NCBI GenBank assembly: GCA_963791435.1
Contig: CAWBSL010000003.1
Coordinates: 186,320-250,319 of the forward strand
Length of the DNA: 64,000 bases
Source of the DNA: Candidatus Dormiibacterota bacterium
Lineage (GTDB): Bacteria; Chloroflexota; Dormibacteria; Aeolococcales; Aeolococcaceae
Reading direction: 5' to 3'
Of the stretch, positions 48,408 to 57,880 are shown one piece after another. The number at the start of each line of letters is the position of its first letter. Position 1 is the first letter of the stretch. The translations under genes and the position numbers were made by a program. The notes below the pieces were generated by a model that saw nothing but the letters and a program-made list of their open reading frames with translations, did not search any database and was not told where the DNA came from.

Positions 48408-49631
48408 TCAGCCCGCTGCGGCGTGGAACTCGGCTCCGGGCGGCAGGGCCTGAGAGGCCGCGCTCGGGCGGTTGGCCTTGATATCCGGGACCACCTGCGC
48501 GGCGAGCCCGTCGATGCGCTGGCGCAGCTCGCGAAGCCCGGTTCCCTTGGTCGCGCTGACGGCCAGCGCCGAGACCCCGGCGACGTCGCCGAGGCGGAGG
48601 CGAGCGGAGCGGACTTCGGATGCGGTCAGGCGGTCGACCTTGGAGAGCGCGAGGATCATCGGCTGGTCGCAGTCCATCGACCGCAGCGTGTCGAGGACGG
48701 TGATGAGCTGTTGCTCCGCGTCGGGGTGCGATGCATCGACTACGAGGCAGAGCATGTGAGCCTGGCGCACCTCCTCGAGGGTGGCGGCGAATGCCTCGAC
48801 GAGCTCGGTCGGCAGCTTCTGGATGAAACCGACCGTATCGGTGAGGATGACGAGCTTGCCGGAGGGCAGCTCGAGGCGGCGCGAGGTGGGGTCGAGCGTC
48901 GCGAAGAGCAGGTCGTCGGCGAGGACGGTGCTGTGCGTCAGGACGTTGAGCAGGGTCGACTTGCCGGCGTTCGTGTATCCGACGAGGGCGCAGGAGGCGA
49001 GTGGGACGTTGGTCCGGGCGGTTCTCCGTGTACGGCGCTGCCGTTCGATCACCACCAGGCGCTCGCGAAGGCGCTTCAGCTGCTGGCGGATGAGGCGCCG
49101 GTCCACCTCGATCTGCTTCTCTCCAGGACCGCCGCGGAGCCCGACACCACCGCGCTGGCGCTCGAGGTGGGACCAGCCACCCGCGAGACGCGGCAGGAGA
49201 TGCTCCAGCTGCGCCATCTCGACCTGCACCCGCCCCTCGGCGGTGATGGCCCGGCGGGCGAAGATGGCGAGGATCACCTCCGTGCGATCGAGGACGGGGA
49301 CGCCCCATTCCTCCTGGAGATTGCGCTGCTGGCGCGGGGTGAGCTGGTCGTTGCAGAGCACCGCAGGCATCTCCAGCTCGGCGAGGTGGGACGCGAACGC
49401 GGCCACGACGCCCGAGCGGAAGAACGTGGCCGGATGCGGCTCGCGCAAAGAGATCAGGCTCCGCTCGAGCACCTCGGTGCCGAGCGTCCGGGCCAGTTCC
49501 TCGAGCTCGTCGAGCTCGATGTCGCGCTGCTCGCGCTCGTCGCGTCGGGCGACGGTGCCGATGACGATGACCCGCTTCAGTTTTGTGCCGACCGCAGGGT
49601 CAGCTCCAGACGGCGCGTCGAAATGGGGCAA
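48408..49631 (-). CDS. hflX: GTPase HflX
   Basis: ELEELA, QVEMAQL, RGGPGEKQIEVDRR, GYTNAGKSTL, FATLDPT, DTVGFI; start uncertain. Confidence 0.95.
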   Translation of the reverse strand: MPHFDAPSGADPAVGTKLKRVIVIGTVARRDEREQRDIELDELEELARTLGTEVLERSLISLREPHPATFFRSGVVAAFASHLAELEMPAVLCNDQLTPRQQRNLQEEWGVPVLDRTEVILAIFARRAITAEGRVQVEMAQLEHLLPRLAGGWSHLERQRGGVGLRGGPGEKQIEVDRRLIRQQLKRLRERLVVIERQRRTRRTARTNVPLASCALVGYTNAGKSTLLNVLTHSTVLADDLLFATLDPTSRRLELPSGKLVILTDTVGFIQKLPTELVEAFAATLEEVRQAHMLCLVVDASHPDAEQQLITVLDTLRSMDCDQPMILALSKVDRLTASEVRSARLRLGDVAGVSALAVSATKGTGLRELRQRIDGLAAQVVPDIKANRPSAASQALPPGAEFHAAAG

Positions 49632-49707
49632 CTAGCGCGTCACCGATCCGGCCGGAACCTGGAGCATGCGATCAGCCTACCAACGGCGCCCGCCGTCTGC
49701 TCAATGG

Positions 49708-50952
49708 TCAGGTCGCCGCACGCTCAACCGGTATGGCGGCGGTGGCCGGGATCTTCAGCTGGAGGACGGCGCTCCCAGCGACGGTGAGCCCGGCCGCGCA
49801 CAGCACGGCGAACGTGGTCGACACCCCGAGCGCGGGGCCCGCGAGGGCGGAGCCGATGGGGACACCCGAGAAGTTCAATGCCATCGACACGGCGAAGGCG
49901 CGCCCGAACCATGCCCGTGAGGTGCGACGCTGACGCAGCGAGAAGGCGGGCACGCTCGACGCGGCATCCGCGCCACCGGCGATCGCGATGCCCACGGCGA
50001 TCAGCGCCAGCGAAGGCACGAGCAACACCAGGATCGAGAGACCCATCACGGCACCGAGCAGCGCCATCGCCTCGCGCTCGTGTCCCTCCGTCCGAAGGCG
50101 GCCCGTGATGAGTGCCGCGGGCACTCCGGCTGCGCCGGCGAGGGCCAGGATGGCGCCGACGACGGCGGCATTGCCGTGCAGGTGGAAGACCACGACCGGG
50201 AGGGCGACGATCATGATCCCCCAGCCCACATTGAGCGTCGAGAACCCGACCGCGATCCACCGCAACGTGCGATTGCTGACGACGTAGCAGAGGCCGCGCC
50301 AGGCTTCGTAAAAGATGTGGGAGGACATCCCACCGGCGTGTGCAGGCTCGGCGACTCCCTGGAGCGCGACGGCGCCGGCGACAAATCCGATCGCCGCTCC
50401 CGCGAGGGCGGCTTCGCTGCCGACCAACGCGATGAGCGCGCCGGCGAGCCCAGGGCCGGCGATGCTCGACACGCCGTACAGGACGCTGTCCGCAGCGTTG
50501 CCGCGATCCCACAGATCGCGGGGGAGGATGAGCGGAAACATCGAGCGCGCCCCGGCGATGCTGAGCGTGCTCGTCAGTGAGCCGCCCACCAGCAGCGCGT
50601 AGAGACCCCAGATGGGCAGGTGGTTGGTCAACGACAACGAGACGATCGCAGTGCAGCACACTGCTGCGACCGTGAAGTCGAGCGTCATGAGGCGCTTGCG
50701 TCCGTGGCGGTCGAGGAGTGCGCCGGCGATCGGGCTCATGAGCAGACCGGGAAAGATGAGGAGGAACAAGCTGACTCCCGCGATGCTCGGCGAGTGGTAG
50801 CGCTGCAGCGCGAAGAGGACGAGGCCGACCGTCCACATCTGCGCGGCGGTTCTGGTGAGCAGCGAACTGATCAGCAGTTGCCGGAACCCCGGGACGCGCA
50901 GCATCCGCGCGTAGGTCACCGGAGGTGTGACAACGCCTTGCCCCGTGGTCAT
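49708..50952 (-). CDS. MFS transporter
   Basis: About 12 hydrophobic segments; motif A GALLDRHGRKR. Confidence 0.9.
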   Translation of the reverse strand: MTTGQGVVTPPVTYARMLRVPGFRQLLISSLLTRTAAQMWTVGLVLFALQRYHSPSIAGVSLFLLIFPGLLMSPIAGALLDRHGRKRLMTLDFTVAAVCCTAIVSLSLTNHLPIWGLYALLVGGSLTSTLSIAGARSMFPLILPRDLWDRGNAADSVLYGVSSIAGPGLAGALIALVGSEAALAGAAIGFVAGAVALQGVAEPAHAGGMSSHIFYEAWRGLCYVVSNRTLRWIAVGFSTLNVGWGIMIVALPVVVFHLHGNAAVVGAILALAGAAGVPAALITGRLRTEGHEREAMALLGAVMGLSILVLLVPSLALIAVGIAIAGGADAASSVPAFSLRQRRTSRAWFGRAFAVSMALNFSGVPIGSALAGPALGVSTTFAVLCAAGLTVAGSAVLQLKIPATAAIPVERAAT

Positions 50953-51247
50953 CTCGACCTCGGCGAACACGCGATGCTCGGGCATCCGGGGGCGCGCGGA
51001 GACGCCACGACAGTCGACATGCTGCAAGGGTAGCAACGCTCGCCATTTACGAGGATGACGGGGTGCGGTGGTCGTTTCACACGGCCGCACCAGGCTCTTG
51101 TCGCGGGGTGCGTCGCGTTCTGGCGGACCCTGCACCGCGGTTGAGCGCCGGGCAACAGGTGTCGCAGCGCCACCGACCCTGAATATGGAGACGGGCGACG
51201 CGCTATGATCATCCGTGCACGCTGATCTCGGACAGCTGCGTTCCCAT

Positions 51248-51623
51248 GGGGGCGTACTGGTTTCGACGGGGTCGTGGGTCGTGCGAATGCGAGTTCGAGC
51301 CCCGGGCTCGTAAAACCGGGAAAAATATACGTGCGAATAACGCACCCCTCGCTCTCGCTGCGTAAGTAGCAAAAGCGAAAAAAGCTCAGGCTTCGGCCTG
51401 ACGTCGACCGGCTCCTCGGCTGTGGGGGTCGGACCCGACGTTAATGCAAGCAGTCTCGCCGCCCGGTGGCGCCTCGGCGCCGGGCGGGACATTCACCGAG
51501 GCTGGCCGCAGCCGAGCCTGGTCCCAGGGCGCGATTGAGGTGAGATAAAAACCGGGACTACACTCGTAGATGTCGCATGGAACGCGGCTTCGGACCCGGG
51601 TTCGATCCCCGGCGCCTCCACCA
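51248..51623 (+). ncRNA. ssrA: tmRNA; tag peptide ANNAPLALAA (51333-51365)
   Basis: 5' GGGGGCGTACTGGTTTCGAC; 3' GACCCGGGTTCGATCCCCGGCGCCTCCACCA; tag ORF ends LAA*. Confidence 0.97.
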
Positions 51624-51643
51624 CGGTTGTTGCAGAGAGAGCT

Positions 51644-52895
51644 TTACGCGAGCGCTCCCTCGTAGATCCACTGCGTATTGACCGGACAGATTTGGCTCAC
51701 TGGCTTGCCCTGCAGCGTGTAGGTCCACCAACTTCCGCTCTCGTACCCATTGGTTCCAGGGGGCGGGGGCGTGTTGTCGGGCGGGGATGCGACGAATTCG
51801 TCATTGCCCCACCAACCGTAGATTTGCAGGTTGGCAATATCGATGTGACTGCGATTGGCCAGGGTCACCATTTCAAGTGAGGTGGTGGGGATGGCGCCGC
51901 CCCCGCAAGGGTTGAAACTTTCGCGACCGACGGCGACGTGGGCGCCGTCCGGACTGATCGAAGCTCCGTAGACGATGGACTTACTCTCGGAGTAGGTCAC
52001 CCCGTTGATTAAGACGGAGTGCGGAGCATTTGCAGGGCTGGCGGCGATGACGCGGCTGCGGGCATCCAGCATCTGCTCGGTGGAAGGGACCAGTTGGCGC
52101 AGTTGGCCGGTGCTGGGGTTGATGACGAACCACGCATCCCCACCGCCGCTCCCGCAGGGCCCGTCCTGCACCCGCTGCATGATGATCCCGGTGTCGGTCC
52201 AGGCCGCCACCTGTTCCCCATACCCGACCGGTGCCACCCAGCGGTAGAGGATTCGATTGGATTGCCCAAGACCACCCAGTTCGATAACCCCGTCATGTTT
52301 GCCGGTGGCATTTGGGGTCTCATCGACGCTCCAAGCCCACTCGGTCCCGGTGGGGGAGACTTGAAAGCTGTCCAAGGAGTAGCTGAGGTCACCGGGACTG
52401 GCCAGAGCCGGAGCAGTCCCCTTGCCGATCAACATGCCAGTCCGAGAGAGGACGACGACTTGGTTGGGAGTGGTTGGTGAGGCTTGATAGAAGAAGAACA
52501 CATCGGAATCTCCAGCCTGGGGTCCGAGGTTGTAGCTACTGGCCTGCTTGGCCGTCAGTCCGAAAAGCTGCCCCTCCTGGGCATTGGTCAGAACTCCACT
52601 GCTCCACTCCCTGGCCGTTGAATACCGCCATCGCTCCTTCGTCGCTGTAAAAGAGAGCCAAAGGAGGCTCGGGAGCTGACATGGGAACCGCAGTCGGGCT
52701 CGGGGTTGGGACTGCGGTTGGGGTCGCGGTGGCGCTGGCGGTCGGCGTTGGGGTGGTGGTTGGGCCGGCAGCGGCACAGGAGGCCACGAGGAGGGCTACG
52801 GGCAAGGTGGCAATCAACCGGTGGCGGTTGTTCCGGGTTCTGGGCTGCAACTCACTCGCGTCAACCCCATCCTTGGTCGTCGGGGTCGTCACCAC
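51644..52895 (-). CDS. Hypothetical lipoprotein, possibly beta-propeller; apparent frameshift at 52591-52596
   Basis: Lipobox-like LVASC and PT linker; removing one base gives VEQWSLTNAQ; SPTG/SPDG repeats; visibly lower GC than the core genes. Confidence 0.7.
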
Positions 52896-53194
52896 AGATA
52901 CCTCCTGATCGCAGTCTGCGCCTCGCCATTGATTACGAAACAGGGCCAGAGGCCATCGCTTTTGGCGTCAAAGGTCCCGCGATCCGCTAAGGGAACAGCT
53001 GCGAGGCCAACGGCGGCGATTGCCGTGCTCATGATGGTTGTGAGTTTCATGTCTGTCTCATCCCATTGAACGGGAACCCTCGCCGACGGTTACATCTGTG
53101 CAAATGCGTCGAACGCGCCGCCGTGCCCAACGTCTTTTAGCAACTCCCAAAGAACCGCTTGCAGGTTGCTGCGCGGTCTGCGATACTCCCAAAC

Positions 53195-53728
53195 ATGTCT
53201 TTGGAGGTAACGCAGCGGCAGCAGTTACGAGCGCTGTCCCATCCGCTCAGGGTGCGCATCCTTTCGCTCCTGACCGGGAGGGCGATGTCGAGCGCCGAAC
53301 TGGCCCGCGAACTCGGCATGCGCCACGCGGCTGTGAGCTTTCACGTCCGTCAACTCGTGGCCGCCGGGTATCTCGAGCTCGTTGAGACGCGGTCAGTGCG
53401 GGGCGGCCAGGAGCGCTGCTATCGCTCGCGCCCGGCGGGACACGCGGAGTGGTCGAAGGAGGATCCCCGGCTGGTCGTTCGCGCGGTGGCGGAGGAGGTC
53501 ACGCGACGCGCTGCGGATTCGCCGCCGCAGGCGTGGCGCCTCTTCGGTGACGCCGAGCTCTGGGTCGACCAGGCGATCTGGGACGACATCGTCAAACGGA
53601 TGGTTGCAGCGATGAACGACCTGCACACCGCCGCGCAGACGCCGCGCACGGCCGGGTCCAAACACGTCAGCGCGACCGCGATGCTCTTCGCGATCGACTC
53701 CGGCGGGTCGGAAGAGCAACAGCATTGA
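53195..53728 (+). CDS. ArsR-like winged-HTH regulator
   Basis: ALSHPLRVRILSLL, AELARELG, SFHVRQL..AGYL, RGGQERCY. Confidence 0.9.
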   Translation: MSLEVTQRQQLRALSHPLRVRILSLLTGRAMSSAELARELGMRHAAVSFHVRQLVAAGYLELVETRSVRGGQERCYRSRPAGHAEWSKEDPRLVVRAVAEEVTRRAADSPPQAWRLFGDAELWVDQAIWDDIVKRMVAAMNDLHTAAQTPRTAGSKHVSATAMLFAIDSGGSEEQQH

Positions 53729-54969
53729 TGCGGCGGTTCGGGCGGCTGCGAGGGCCGCTCGCACATCGCAATTTTCAGCTGCTCGTCGGCTGCGACGTCA
53801 CCTCGATGATCGGCTCGGCGATGGCGCTGGTCGCAGTGCCTTTTGCGGTTCTGAAAAGCGGCGGCACTGTCAGCGACGTCGGTTTTGTCGCCGCCGCCGG
53901 GCTGTTGCCCACCGTCGTGTTTCTGCTCTTCGGTGGCGTGCTCGCAGACCGGCTACCGCGTCAGCACGTGATGGTCGCGGCCAACATCGGACAGGGACTT
54001 GCCCAGGCCGGGTTCGCCGTGCTCGTGCTCACCGGCCACGCGCAGGTCTGGGAGATGATGCTGCTGACCGCAGCTCGCGGCTCCGCATTCGGGCTGTACA
54101 TGCCCGCCGCGCAAGGGCTTCTTCCGCAGACGGTGGACGCCGACCAGCTCGCCTCTGCAAATGCTGTGCGGCGCCTCGGCCTCAACAGCGCCCAGATCGG
54201 CGGCGCCGCGCTTGGCGGGCTCGTCATCGCTGCAGTCGGTCCGGGCTGGGAACTCGTCGCCGACGCGAGCAGCTATTTCGTCGCCGGTGTGTTTCGCGCG
54301 GGGATGCGCTTCACCAACCTTCCGCCGATCGTTCGCTCCGGCGTCATCAACGAGCTGCGCGACGGGTGGCGCGCTTTCACCTCACGACGCTGGCTCTGGA
54401 TCATCGTCGTCCAGTTCGGGCTCGTCAACGCGATCTACGTCGGAGCGATCAGCGTGCTCGGTCCGGCCATCGCCGAAGAGCACCTCGGCGGCGCATCCAG
54501 TTGGGGGCTCATCGTCGCCGCGCAGTCTGCGGGAGCCGTCATCGGCGCCGCGCTCATGCTCCGCTACCGACCGGCAAAACTCCTGCACGCCGCCAGCATC
54601 GCCGTGCCGCTCATGGCGCTTCCCCTGTTCGCGCTCGCGGCGCCACTCGCCGTTCCGCTCGTCGCTCTCGCCGCACTCCTCGCCGGGATCGGGATGGAAG
54701 TCTTCGAGGTCAACTGGAGCACCGCGATCCAGGAACAGATTCCGCCAAACCTGCTGTCACGCGTCGCCGCATACGACGCGCTCGGGTCGTACGCGCTGAG
54801 CCCGATCGGCACCACGATCGCCGGGCCGCTCGCTGTGCTCATTGGTACGGCCACGGCGCTGACCGGCGGTGGCCTCGCAATCGTGGCGTCGGCAGTCATC
54901 GTCCTTGCGGCGGCGGATGTCCGGAACCTCACTCGCTCTCCCAGTCGCGCCCGCACGTCGAATACCTGA
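53728..54969 (+). CDS. MFS transporter (macrolide/DHA3-like)
   Basis: GGVLADRLPR, about 12 TMs, QEQIPPNLLSRV. Confidence 0.9.
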   Translation: MRRFGRLRGPLAHRNFQLLVGCDVTSMIGSAMALVAVPFAVLKSGGTVSDVGFVAAAGLLPTVVFLLFGGVLADRLPRQHVMVAANIGQGLAQAGFAVLVLTGHAQVWEMMLLTAARGSAFGLYMPAAQGLLPQTVDADQLASANAVRRLGLNSAQIGGAALGGLVIAAVGPGWELVADASSYFVAGVFRAGMRFTNLPPIVRSGVINELRDGWRAFTSRRWLWIIVVQFGLVNAIYVGAISVLGPAIAEEHLGGASSWGLIVAAQSAGAVIGAALMLRYRPAKLLHAASIAVPLMALPLFALAAPLAVPLVALAALLAGIGMEVFEVNWSTAIQEQIPPNLLSRVAAYDALGSYALSPIGTTIAGPLAVLIGTATALTGGGLAIVASAVIVLAAADVRNLTRSPSRARTSNT

Positions 54970-55065
54970 GCGGCCACATCGAGTGAAGCTCGACCCAAGC
55001 GATCGAGTGGCTCTCGTTGACAGGCGTGCGGCAACGCTGAACTGCGTTCGCACGACAATGAGCGG

Positions 55066-55502
55066 GTGCCGAAACGCGCAATAACCCCCGGTGAACATAT
55101 CCATGCCGAGTGCCGCCGGCGCGGGACTCTCGAGGTGGTCGCTCACTGCATCGACCTGCTCGAGGGACGCGACGTGGATGACGCACTCCTGCACGTGCTG
55201 GGAGGTCTCCCTGCGACAAGTGTGGTCATTGGCTACAACGGCGGGAAGCAGGGATACTGGCCTCGCGTCTGGGCGATGCGAGGTCTGCTCTACGCCTGGG
55301 ACGAATCAGCGACGAGTGCAGTGATCGCCGGGACGAGGGACACTGCGTGGCGAGTTCCGGGAGATGGCTGCGAAGGTGATCGCTCGCCACTGCCTTGGTG
55401 ATGCGCTGGAGTTCAGCCGCGGCGCTCCACGGTGATCCTGTCGAGCGCGTGCGGGACGCGGCCGAACGTGCTGTTCGGATTCTCGTCGCAGCTCGCGCCT
55501 GA
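55066..55502 (+). CDS. HEAT-repeat protein; two apparent frameshifts (55352-55357, 55409-55414)
   Basis: YWPRVWAMRGLLYAW; corrected DTAWRVREMAAKV...DPVERVRDAAERAV. Confidence 0.72.
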
Positions 55503-55592
55503 GCCTCTCGCCGTGTGCTGGAGCCGTCAGCCGTACGAAACGACTTCTTGTGGTGTGTCAGCACCGTTCGCTGTGCGAACCGCGTCCAGGTT

Positions 55593-55778
55593 CTAGCTCA
55601 CGCCGTCCGCTGTGCGAACAGTGTCACCGGCCCGAAGGCGCGAGCCGCACGTGATGCACTTGAATATCGGTCGGCGGCGGGGCGCCGGCCAGCCGCCTAG
55701 CAACCGATCATCACGCCGGGGCGGTGTGAAGCTGAGCGGAACCAGCCGATCGGCCCCGCAATGGCCGCAAAGGATCAA
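55593..55778 (-). CDS. Putative small zinc-finger protein
   Basis: CGHC and CITC pairs in 61 aa; TTG start. Confidence 0.4.
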   Translation of the reverse strand: MILCGHCGADRLVPLSFTPPRRDDRLLGGWPAPRRRPIFKCITCGSRLRAGDTVRTADGVS

Positions 55779-55820
55779 AGCCCGGAGATGGTGCCACGCA
55801 GCGGAAACGTTGTGTGTTCG

Positions 55821-56900
55821 CTACGAAACCAACGGAGCGCCGGCAGCGACCTCATCGCGGTCGTCTGCGTCGGCCACAGCGACGTGACAGGCGGCATCAT
55901 GTACAGGCCCCATCGGTCGGAGCAGCGGTGTGATCTGCGCGCACCTGTCGATTGCATATGGACAACGTTGGCGGAAACGGCAGCCCTCACCGGGATCGAT
56001 GACTCGCGGCGGCTCACCACTGTCGGCGGAGACCGGCACGGCCTTCTCGCGCGGATCCGGCACCGCTGAGAGGAGGAGCTGCGTATATGGGTGCTTCGGT
56101 CGTGCGAGCACAACCTCTGTCGGGCCTTGCTCGACAGCGTGTCCCGCGTACATGACGATGATGCGATCCGCCACGTAGCGCGCGCTGGCGATGTCGTGCG
56201 TGATGTAGAGGATCGAAGCGTCTTCCTGGGCGCGCAGGTTCGCCATCATGTTGAGGATGCCGGCACGGATCGAGACGTCGAGCATCGACACCGGCTCGTC
56301 GGCGAGGATCAACTTGGGGCGTACCGCAAGCGCCTGAGCGAACCCCACGCGCTGACGCTGGCCGCCACTCATCTCGTACGGGAACTTGCGCAGCATGTCT
56401 CCAGCCGGGTTGAGCCCGACGATATCGAAGACTCGTTCGGCTTCCTCAACTCGCTGCGCCTTGCTCAACTCACGCCGGTGCAGCTTCAGGTTGCGCATCA
56501 CTCCGTGTGACACGCGGAACACCGGGTTCATGGCGCTGTACGGATCCTGGAAGACCATCGGCACCTCGCCGCGGTACCACAGGACGTCCTTGCGGGAGCG
56601 CAGCTTGTGCACCGAACGGCCCCGGTAGAAGATGACACCGCGTGTTGGGGGATAGATCATCGCCAGGAGCCGCGCCACGGTCGTCTTGCCGCTGCCACTC
56701 TCGCCGACGAGTGCGACGATCTCGCGCTCGTTGATGACCATGTCGAGGTCGTCGACGGCATGAAGCGTGCGGCGAGAGAGCAATCCTCCAAGGCGGAAGT
56801 GCCTGGTCAGGCCCGCGGTTCTGAGCAGGACACTGTCGGCGCCGGGAACTGCTGCCGGCGCTCCGTCAGCATCGGGGACCGCTGCCGGCACGACGGTCAT
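55821..56900 (-). CDS. Opp/Dpp-family ABC ATPase (OppF-like)
   Basis: GESGSGKTT, MSGGQRQR, DEPVSMLD, HPYT. Confidence 0.94.
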   Translation of the reverse strand: MTVVPAAVPDADGAPAAVPGADSVLLRTAGLTRHFRLGGLLSRRTLHAVDDLDMVINEREIVALVGESGSGKTTVARLLAMIYPPTRGVIFYRGRSVHKLRSRKDVLWYRGEVPMVFQDPYSAMNPVFRVSHGVMRNLKLHRRELSKAQRVEEAERVFDIVGLNPAGDMLRKFPYEMSGGQRQRVGFAQALAVRPKLILADEPVSMLDVSIRAGILNMMANLRAQEDASILYITHDIASARYVADRIIVMYAGHAVEQGPTEVVLARPKHPYTQLLLSAVPDPREKAVPVSADSGEPPRVIDPGEGCRFRQRCPYAIDRCAQITPLLRPMGPVHDAACHVAVADADDRDEVAAGAPLVS

Positions 56901-57880
56901 CGCGCGGCCACCGGCGCCGCGTCCTTCGCAAACAGCAGGCACCGCACCTGCGTGTCGTCGATGTCATACAGCTCGGGCTCGATCGTCGTGCACTGTGGCA
57001 TCGCCACGTTGCAGCGCGGATGGAAACGGCATCCCGTCGGCGGCCGGCCGAGGTCGGGCGGGCTGCCGGGGATGCCGATCAGCGGCCGGCGCGGGCCGCG
57101 AACCGACGGAAACGCCTCGAGCAGCCCCTTGCTGTACGGGTGCAACGGCCGATCGAAGATCGAATTGGTCTCGCCGAGCTCAGCCACCTGACCGGCGTAC
57201 ATGACCATGACGCGGTCCGAGTAGTTGGCGACCACCGACATGTCGTGCGTGACGAAGATGACCGCGAAGCCGAACTGCTGCTGGAGATCCTTGATCTGGG
57301 TCATGAGCGATCGCTGCGCCACGACATCGAGCGCGGAGGTCGGCTCATCCATGATCACGAGTTGCGGAGTGAAGAGCAGCGCCATCGCGATCATGGCTCG
57401 CTGCCGCATCCCGCCACTCAACTGGTGCGGATAGCTCTCGAGGTGCGCGGCGTCGATGCCGACAAGATGCAGCACCTCGGCCGATCGCGTCCTGATGCCG
57501 TCGGCGGACATGTGCTCATGCGCGCGGATCGTGTCCTTGAACTGCGCACCGATGCTCTTCATCGGGTTGAGCGCGTTCATAGCGCTCTGCATCACCACCG
57601 AGTAGTCGCGCCACCGCACGAGCCGCAGCGAGTTCTCGGAGAGCTGGACAAGGTCCTGGCCCTTGAAGACGACGCGACCCGACGTGACCTCCGCGGGGGG
57701 TGACAGGAGTTGCGCGATGGCAAAGAGCAACGTCGACTTTCCGCAGCCGGACTCCCCGACGATGCCGAGGAACTCACCGGCCTGCACCGACATGCTGACT
57801 CGGTCCACAGCGCCGATGTCCGCGGTGTCGGTGAGGTACGTGACCGACAGGTCCTCGACCTCAAGCAGGCTTTCTGGCAC
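56897..57880 (-). CDS. Opp/Dpp-family ABC ATPase (OppD-like)
   Basis: GESGCGKST, LSGGMRQR, DEPTSALD, GCRFHPRC. Confidence 0.94.
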   Translation of the reverse strand: MPESLLEVEDLSVTYLTDTADIGAVDRVSMSVQAGEFLGIVGESGCGKSTLLFAIAQLLSPPAEVTSGRVVFKGQDLVQLSENSLRLVRWRDYSVVMQSAMNALNPMKSIGAQFKDTIRAHEHMSADGIRTRSAEVLHLVGIDAAHLESYPHQLSGGMRQRAMIAMALLFTPQLVIMDEPTSALDVVAQRSLMTQIKDLQQQFGFAVIFVTHDMSVVANYSDRVMVMYAGQVAELGETNSIFDRPLHPYSKGLLEAFPSVRGPRRPLIGIPGSPPDLGRPPTGCRFHPRCNVAMPQCTTIEPELYDIDDTQVRCLLFAKDAAPVAAR

